NCBI RefSeq assembly: GCF_009914755.1
Contig: NC_060931.1
Reading direction: 5' to 3' (one strand)
Length of the DNA: 64,000 nt
DNA from: the human T2T-CHM13v2.0 reference genome, Homo sapiens
Shown: positions 55,845 through 64,000 of the stretch, piece by piece
Numbering within the stretch: the stretch's first letter is position 1
Layout: each line of letters begins with the position of its first letter
Program-made: the position numbers and the translations under genes
The notes under the pieces: model-generated
What the model was told of the DNA's origin: nothing
The model's input: only the letters and a program-made list of their open reading frames with translations
Database searches by the model: none

Positions 55845-56700
55845 GTATAATTTTGCAAAATTGATAAAGTTGGTATAATACACATCAAAAAATCTCCTTC
55901 TAGAATTCTAAATACATGTACATTAGAATATTTAATATTTCACCATAGGTCTCTGAAGTTCTGCTGAGTTTAATATATTTTCTCTGTGTTCAGATTACAT
56001 AAATTTTATTAATCTTTTGGGTTTTTTCTTCTTTATCTAGTCTGTTGATATATCCATCTAATCTATTTATTATTTTGGATATGATATGATTCAGTACTAA
56101 AGTTTTCATTCAGTTCTTTTTTAGGATTTTGGTTTCTCTGATGAAATTCTCTATCTTTTCCACATTAAGTCCATCTTTTCCTCATGTATACATTAACTAA
56201 TCCTAACAGTTATTTTAAATCTTCATGTTCAATGTTTTACTTTATTGGGAGTTCCATTGTTTTGTTTCTTTGTGTATCTCAGATTTTTGGTATTCTATGC
56301 TGGAAAGAACTGAACAGATGCTGGTGGATAATATTTATTTTCAGTAAATAATAACCCCTTTTTATAAGGTATTAAATGTGAAGGCCTTACTTCTACAAAT
56401 TCATCCAGAGTAGATCTTGTTGTGTGCTATGCTGTACCTTTAGCTAATGTCAATTCACTACCTATTTCAGATTATTTAAAGTCAATTTTAGGTCCCCCTG
56501 CCTTCCAAAGGGCTACAATCGAAGCATCACTAGATTCTGGAGAAATTTATCTGCTTTCCAGCCCTGCCTTGACTTCTTGTGTACTGTTGTGTTCTTGATG
56601 AAAACCCAGGGAGAACAAATGCGGAAAAGAAGGACTTTGGTCTCTGCTTCTGAATTTCATCACAATAAAATCTGTCACTCTTGTCTACAGGTTCTCAGAA
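55845..56700 (-). mobile_element. Degraded old L1M antisense (ORF1/5' region)
   Basis: ccataggtctctgaagttctg...tttctctgatgaaattctctatc; T-rich composition. Confidence 0.55.
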
Positions 56701-56739
56701 ACATGGCTTGTAACTAATTGGTCAATACTGACGTAACCA

Positions 56740-57410
56740 CTATTAAATCAAGGTGATATCATGTGCCTTCTGATGTGATGTATTCTAACAAATTGCTTAA
56801 TTGGTGTCTAATCATGAGGAAATATCAGCAAAGGCAAATAAAGAAATATTATGCAAAACAAATAAACAAACACCTGGCCTGTACTCTTAAAAAATGTCAA
56901 CATCAAGGAACATACACACAAAAAGACAGAGAAACTATTCTGGAGTAAAGAAGAATAAAGGGACATGAAAATTAAAGGCAATGCATAACATGGACTAGGG
57001 AAGAAAAGTACTACAAAGAACATTATTAGGAATACTGACAAAAATCTGAATATGTACTGTGGGTTAGGTAGTATAATTTTATCAAGGTTAACTATAGAAT
57101 GGCTATTTGGATTTTGATAATTATACTAATTTTGTTGACTAGACTGTGGTTATTTAAGGAAATGTTCATATTCTTAAGAAATTCACACGGAATGATTTCA
57201 GGTAAATGCCTCTAACTTACTCTGAAATGTTTCAGGAAAAATATATATGTAAATAGATTGATAGATCAGGAGGAGAGAGAGTAGATGATAAAGCAAATGA
57301 GGTAAAATATAAACAAAAGACCAATCTAAGGAGAGACAGAAATATTTGTACTATTATTGCAGCTTTTCTTTAAGTTTGAAAATGTATCATACTAAATATT
57401 TAACAAAATA
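56740..57410 (+). mobile_element. L1MC4/5-like 3' end
   Basis: gatatcatgtgccttctgatgtgatg...ctaatcatgaggaaa...ttgtactattattgcagcttttctttaagtttgaaa. Confidence 0.8.
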
Positions 57411-58239
57411 AACGTTTTTGCATTTCCCCCCCTTACTCCTGTAATATCTCTGACAGGTTTATTTCTATTTCCACCATGCTTTCCTAGGGAAATATAAGGC
57501 CATTCATCTTTTCTCACCTAATAAGGATTGTACTACTTTGGAATTTTGTACATTTCGACTTTATTTTTATCTACAGCTCTGATGGGTTTAAAAATGCTTA
57601 TTGAATATTTCCTTATTGTTTAGGTGGACGTGACAGTCTCTTGTCATTTGTCCCAATTTGAAATGGTTAGTTTTCTACACACAGTCTTCTTAAAATAATG
57701 ATTAATTAGAATAAATGCCAATGCTATTCTAACAGATCGGTGTCTTTAGAACAGTAATGTGAAAATTTAGACATATAGACGCTCTATGAAAAATAATAAC
57801 TTCCCTATGGCTGACTTTTAACATGTATTCTTTTTCATTATAGCGGAAGAATTCTTCATATTACCTAATAATGATCTTGAGATCAATGGCCTAGCATTTT
57901 ATTCCTCATACAGTTATACTATTCTATTACATAATTCCTAAACAATTAGGAGAAGATTCATAATGATTTTCATCCTAAAGCCAAATTATAGTGAAAGTGT
58001 TGTAAGTTGTATATTTATTTTATATAAGCTAAATAAATAACTCTGCAGCAATTCTGTGATGCTGTAATGATGTTTAGATGTTATCCATTAAGTCATGGCT
58101 TCATAAATAACCAAGTTTCCTTGAATTTCCTAGAGCCAGGGACTTTCTATGAATTCCAAACAAAGATAATTGAAAGAAAAGAAGTTATTTTAAATAAAAT
58201 TAATATATTAAAGAATATTCATAAAGAACAAATAAACTT

Positions 58240-59620
58240 TTGTTAACTAATTATTTAATGTCTTACTATGTATCAGGCACTGCTGGGCATACAAAACACA
58301 TCAGTGATGAAAATATTTTGCTTCCTTTATGGGGTTTACATTCTACTATGGTGGAGAAAAACAACACATATTAAAAAAATCAATAAGTACATCATTATTT
58401 ACTTATTGTATAAAATATAAATTTTATATATATTTGCTAGGTGTTACGGGGAAAATAAGAAAGTAGAGCAGATTAAATAGGTCAGAAATATTGGCTGTGG
58501 GTGAAGTTTTAAATAGGCTTACCTGAATTGCACAAAAACCCCAAAAATTGATAAGTAGGACCTAATTAGATTAAAGAGCTTCTGTACAGCAAGAGAAACT
58601 ATAAACAGTGAACAGATAACCTACAGAATGGGAAAAAAAATTGCAAACTATACATTTAACAAAAGTCTAGTATCCAGAATCTACAAGAAACTTAATTCAA
58701 CAAAGAAAATCATGTAATCCCATTAAAACATGGTCAAAAGATATGAACAGACACTTCTCAAAAGAAGACATACAAGTAGCCAACAAACATGAAAAAATGC
58801 TCATCATCACTAATCATCAGAGAAATGCAAATGAAAACTACAATAATGTATCATCTCACACTAGTCAGAATGCCTACTATAAAAAAGTCACAAGATGTTG
58901 GTAAGGCTGCAGAGAAAAGGGTACGCTCATACACTGTTGGTGGGTATGTAAATTAATACTGCTACTGTGGAGAGCAGTTTGGAGATACTGCATAGAACTA
59001 AGGATTGTACTACCCTTCAACTCAGCAATGCCATTACTGATTTTATACCCCAAATAAATAATTCTACCAAAAGGATACATGCACCTGTATGTTAAATATG
59101 GAATCAACCCAGGTGCCCATCAATGGCAGGTTAGACAAAGAAAATATGGTACATATATACCATGGAATACTATATTGCCATAAAAGAGAGTGAAATCATG
59201 TCATTTGCAGTAACATATATACAGCTGGAGGCCATTATCTTAAGTGAAATTACCAGAAACTGAAAACAATATATGGCATGTTGTCACATATAAGTGGGAG
59301 CTAAACATTGGGTACACATGGACATAAAGATGGGCACAATGGACACTGGAGACCACTAGAGGGGGCAGGTGGGAGTGGATGGACCAAGGGCTGCAAAGCT
59401 ACCTACTGGGTACTATGCTCATTTCTTGGATGACAGATTTAGTCATACCGCAAAACTCAGTATCACATAATGTACCTTTGTAACGAACTTAACATATGTA
59501 CCCTCATTATAAACTAAAAGTTGAAAAAGAAAAAAAGAAACAATAACAAATAAATAAAACAATAAATAGGGTAATCTAGGAAGGCCTACCAAGAAGGTGA
59601 CCGTTGAGAAAAAATTGAAT
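58240..59620 (-). mobile_element. L2a fragment split by an L1PB insertion
   Basis: ttactatgtatcaggcactg...; resumes aaatagggtaatctaggaaggcct...gaaggtgac after the L1. Confidence 0.7.
58518..59562 (+). mobile_element. 5'-truncated L1PB4-like element
   Basis: ORF2 end plus 3'UTR (ctacctactgggtactatgctca); A-rich tail; TSD taaatagg at 58510 and 59563. Confidence 0.88.
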
Positions 59621-59727
59621 GCAAAAACTTGCAAAGGTTGCAAAAGAAAAGTCACCTCCCAGGAATAATTCCTATTAATTGTTTTAGCATAAGGATTCAG
59701 TTTTTTTTCTAAAGATATACATACACA

Positions 59728-60049
59728 CAGATGGTCCTCAACTTATTATGAGGTTATATCTTGATAAACCCATTGTAAGTATAAAATATCCAAAGCCAAA
59801 AATGTATTTAATACACCTGACTTACCAACATCATAGCTTAGCTTAGCCTACCTTAAATGTGCCCAGAACATTTACATTAGCCTACATTTCAGCAAAATCA
59901 TATAACACAAATCCTATTTAATAATAAAATATTCAATATATTATGTAATTTATTGAATACATTCTTGTGTATTGAGACATACATATCACTTGCATAATCA
60001 TAAAGTCAAAAAAGCATAAGTCAAGCTCTCATAAGGTGGGAACTGTCTG
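59728..60049. mobile_element. MER47A-like Tigger-family MITE
   Basis: cagatggtcctcaactta...catcatagcttagcttagcctaccttaaatgtgc...taaggtgggaactgtctg. Confidence 0.8.
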
Positions 60050-60138
60050 TGCATGATTTTGTTGTTTGTAACTTGTGTTTAATTTGTTAAAGCCACATAT
60101 TTTGAGTAGATGTAGAGTTACTAAATAGTGTTCTGTAA

Positions 60139-60311
60139 CAGCGATTCGCCAATAGAGTTTCAGCACGCCCCTGGGTTCCATGGAAATGCTTCATGGGGTG
60201 TCCTTTGCGTTAGGGAAAAACGAGTGGCATCCTTAGACAGAGAATTGAGCACTACATGCAGTCTCATAGGGTGGGGAGAATACAGCAGCTAAGAAGTTTG
60301 GAAAACTGCTG
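60139..60311. mobile_element. Small hAT-Charlie-type MITE
   Basis: Inverted ends cagcgattcgccaa / ttggaaaactgctg. Confidence 0.5.
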
Positions 60312-60483
60312 TCTTTCATATTTTAAAGTTCGTTATTTATGTTTTATGACTTTTTGAATCAATTCCATATGTTTGTGCTTTTAGATTGTTTATAATTTCC
60401 CCATTTCATATATAGATAAATATAAGTACCCCATTATATATATACATACTATATATACATACATATAATTTTCCACACGATGT

Positions 60484-60508
60484 ACACACACACACACACA
60501 CACACACA
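60484..60508 (+). repeat. (CA)n microsatellite
   Basis: Direct reading. Confidence 0.9.
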
Positions 60509-60751
60509 TCTCCCCTCAATGGATATCACAGCAGTTCTATGGTTGCACATGTTCACATTTATTTTACTAAGATACAGAATATATGGAATCATATATGCAA
60601 ATACTACATAAAATTCTAGCATGTTTTATTTATTAAATTACCCTACAGTAAGACTACTATGTACGTTTCCACAATCACTGCTTAAAGGTAGCCATTTATC
60701 ATAATCTTTATTTTTACAATATTTTATTTTTATTTATGAATCTAATGGATG

Positions 60752-61112
60752 TGATATGATTTGGCTGTGTTCCCACCCAAATATTATATTGAATTGTAGC
60801 TCCCATAATTTCCACGTGTTGTGGGAGGGACCCAATGGGAAATCATTGAATCATAGGAGAGGTATTTCCCATACTGTTCTCATGGTAGTGAATAAGTCTC
60901 ATGAGATCTGATGATTTTATAAGGGGTTTCCTCTTTCCCTTGACTCTCATTCTTTCTTCTCCGCCACGAAGTAAGACATCCCTTTCACCTTCTGCCACCA
61001 CGGTGAGGCACCCCCAGCCACGTGGAACTGTGAGCTCATTAAACCTCTTTTCCTTACAAATTATCCCGACTTGGGTATGTCTTTATCAACAGCATGAAAA
61101 TTGACTAATACA
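60752..61112 (+). mobile_element. THE1B-like solo LTR
   Basis: tgatatgatttggctgtg...gactaataca; TSD ggatg/gaatg. Confidence 0.9.
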
Positions 61113-62682
61113 GAATGAAAATGGTATTATTGATATTTTAATATTTCTTGGCTCTCTAAGGGTGTCGATTGGATAACTACATGCACAAAAAATATCAATT
61201 TAAAAAATAGCAAATTCCCTTCCAAAAGTAAAGAGATATAGAGAAGATATTGCTTTGTTTCAACGAGTTAGTGTAACAAGGGCCTTGAACTTTCTATTCT
61301 GCTATACCTGCTTCACTTTCTCATCTATCTTTGTAAATAAGTTAAAAGTTATCTGTCAGAGAGATAGGTTGGTGTCCTAAGTTCTAGGGCAGATGCTGAG
61401 ATTTATTTCTGTGCATATACCAGTAGGTCATTTATAAGATAAAGAGGAAGCTTTTCCTGTAGGTCCTTCAATGCTTACACATGTGCTGTGTGGGCAAGAG
61501 TAAAAAGTTGTAGGAAAAAATTGTGTAGCAACAAATAATATACTACACTTGCAAAGTGCTTGTTTTGCCTTATTAACAAAGATAAATCTATAAAAAAATC
61601 ATTTGGCTGATTTAGTTGGTTGGGGAATTCATTTGTTCCCAGAGAAGTTACATTAGGATTCCATCCAGTTCCTTATAATGTATCCAGATGCAAGAAATTT
61701 AATTTATGCTTTAAATATAGTAAATATTCTAGATTAAGGACTGAGTGCCTGCCAAATTTTAAGCTCAGCTGTTTTATTTTATTTTTTTGCTTAAGATATG
61801 AAATAATGTCTTGAACTATATAAAACCAAGCTATTCACTTCCTAATTTTTTGAATGTGCTGATTTGTATCAAATTTTGTAGTGATCTTGCCAGGCAGGCT
61901 TAGAGCCTATATATTAAAATGTAGCCCAAAGGATTTGTTTTAAAAATCAGCTTCTATGAGATTGAAACTTAACTAAACTTATTGCCGTGTGCATCTAACT
62001 TTGCTTTGTAAAATGACTTCATTAAGCACTTACACTTTTAATTTGCTATAATGTACAAAAAAAATCAGTATATCTGACAAATGGAGAAAATTAAGCATTT
62101 CTTTTCTGTTCTGGTATATTTATACATATGATTAATGTTTTAAATAATGCATATTCAGCATGGGTATTTCTCATAAAATAAATTGTCTGTGTCATGGCTG
62201 TTACCCACCATCTTTTTTCCTTAATTCTACTTATTTCTTAAATATATTCATGAAAATATAGATTTCACGGCCTTAGGTTTCAATGATTTTGTGACTGCCC
62301 TTTTCCCATGTTGTCTGTGGCTAAGTTGGGTAAGAGTGAAGTGTTTAAATGTCCCCTGATTCATTAAGATAAGATGTAAGATCTCTCTACTGACATTTAG
62401 GATATACATAGAGCTTTCCTATGCCTTTCAAAGCTCCTCAAACTAATGAGAAACCAATGGAAACAAAGAAATAAAAATAGTTACAAAAAGAACAGTTCCT
62501 GTTGTTGTTCCTTGGAGGTTGTCTCTTCACCTTCAAGGTTAAAATAGGAGACAGTTGTGAGAATAACTCCAGAAAATTAAAAGCAAACACATTGACAAAA
62601 GAAGCTGGCTCACATAAACAGATAATGACCAGTGGTTGATGGTGTTTTATTGCACATTAAATTTTAAAAAGAAGGAGTAACC

Positions 62683-63253
<571 letters not shown>

Positions 63254-63363
63254 TTACTGAAACATCTCTAAAGTTTGAGATGAACCTAACTGAAATAGGG
63301 GTTTACTAAAGGACACAAAAGACACTCCATCAGGACACCCACTGCAAGGTAGGTGGTTGTTTT

Positions 63364-63787
63364 CTGTGTTGCTTTGTTTTGTTTTTTCCATTTATAATTC
63401 GTTTTTAACTTTGAAGATGGGATACGTTTCTAGTTATTTATTTATTTTGACTTGTATTTCATTTTATTTAAATTTTTCCTAGCTTTAGTGAGGTATAATT
63501 GACACATAAAAATTCTATATATTCAAAATGTACTATGTAATGTTTTAATATACATACATATTGTGAATAATTACCAAAAACAAACTAACGAGCACATCTA
63601 TAAGTACACATAGTTACAACTGTGGGGTGTGTGTGTGAGTGCCTGTGTGTGTGTGTGTGTGTGTGTGGTAACACTTAAGATCTACTCCCTTACCAAATTT
63701 CAAGTAAACAACACGATATTATTAACTATATTCACAATAAACCCACGTGCACTGATGGTAGGAATGTAAATTGATACAGCCCTTATG
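63364..63787 (-). mobile_element. L1MA9-like 3' end with short inverted 5' piece and extra 3' sequence
   Basis: gctttagtgaggtataattgac...cacttaagatctactc (antisense 3'UTR); sense piece ggaatgtaaattgatacagcc; TSD aggtggttgtttt at 63351 and 63788. Confidence 0.8.
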
Positions 63788-63904
63788 AGGTGGTTGTTTT
63801 TACTCCTTTTTTGTGTTTGTGTATGAAATTCTTATTCAATGAAAGAAAAGAGTGTATGATTCATTTGAAAGAAAGCATGACTCCATTTGTCCTGTACAGC
63901 TGAA

Positions 63905-64000
63905 TTTTTTTCCTTTTCCATTTTTATTTTGTTAAGTTCTGGGATACATGTGCAGAACGTGCAGATTTGTTGCACAGGTATACATGTGCCATGGTGGTTT
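63905..64000 (-). mobile_element. L1PA (PA7/8-like) 3' end, runs off the right edge
   Basis: ttaagttctgggatacatgtgcagaacgtgcag...gtatacatgtgccatggtggttt. Confidence 0.9.

Noticed and set aside
61421-61485. Strong minus-strand acceptor (ttttactcttgcccacacag) as an upstream coding exon
   Set aside because: The 65-nt form has stops in all three frames and the 7-nt form is unsupported; at most non-coding or poison

Overview
AT-rich primate (most likely human) genomic DNA with no CpG island, roughly half covered by interspersed repeats (Alu, L1, L2, MIR, THE1/MST/MLT LTRs, Tigger1, MER elements, MADE1). Repeat subfamilies were assigned by eye from remembered consensus sequences and need RepeatMasker/Dfam confirmation. 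Almost all ORF-track entries are repeat-derived or chance. The best gene signal is the 3' end of an unidentified minus-strand spliced gene: small exons at 45947-46006, 45610-45652 and 44460-44533, and a terminal exon from 42716 encoding ...KHVMHSEV*, a class I PDZ-binding-like end. These exons could give alternative C-termini. Weaker splice signals suggest a convergent plus-strand transcript ending near 37.7 kb. Other notable structures: a perfect 24-bp hairpin inside a decayed L1, a 231-nt GAA/GAGGAA polypurine Alu tail, a SOX-motif cluster, an expanded MADE1, and several rearranged L1 insertions. No rRNA, tRNA or CRISPR features were seen.
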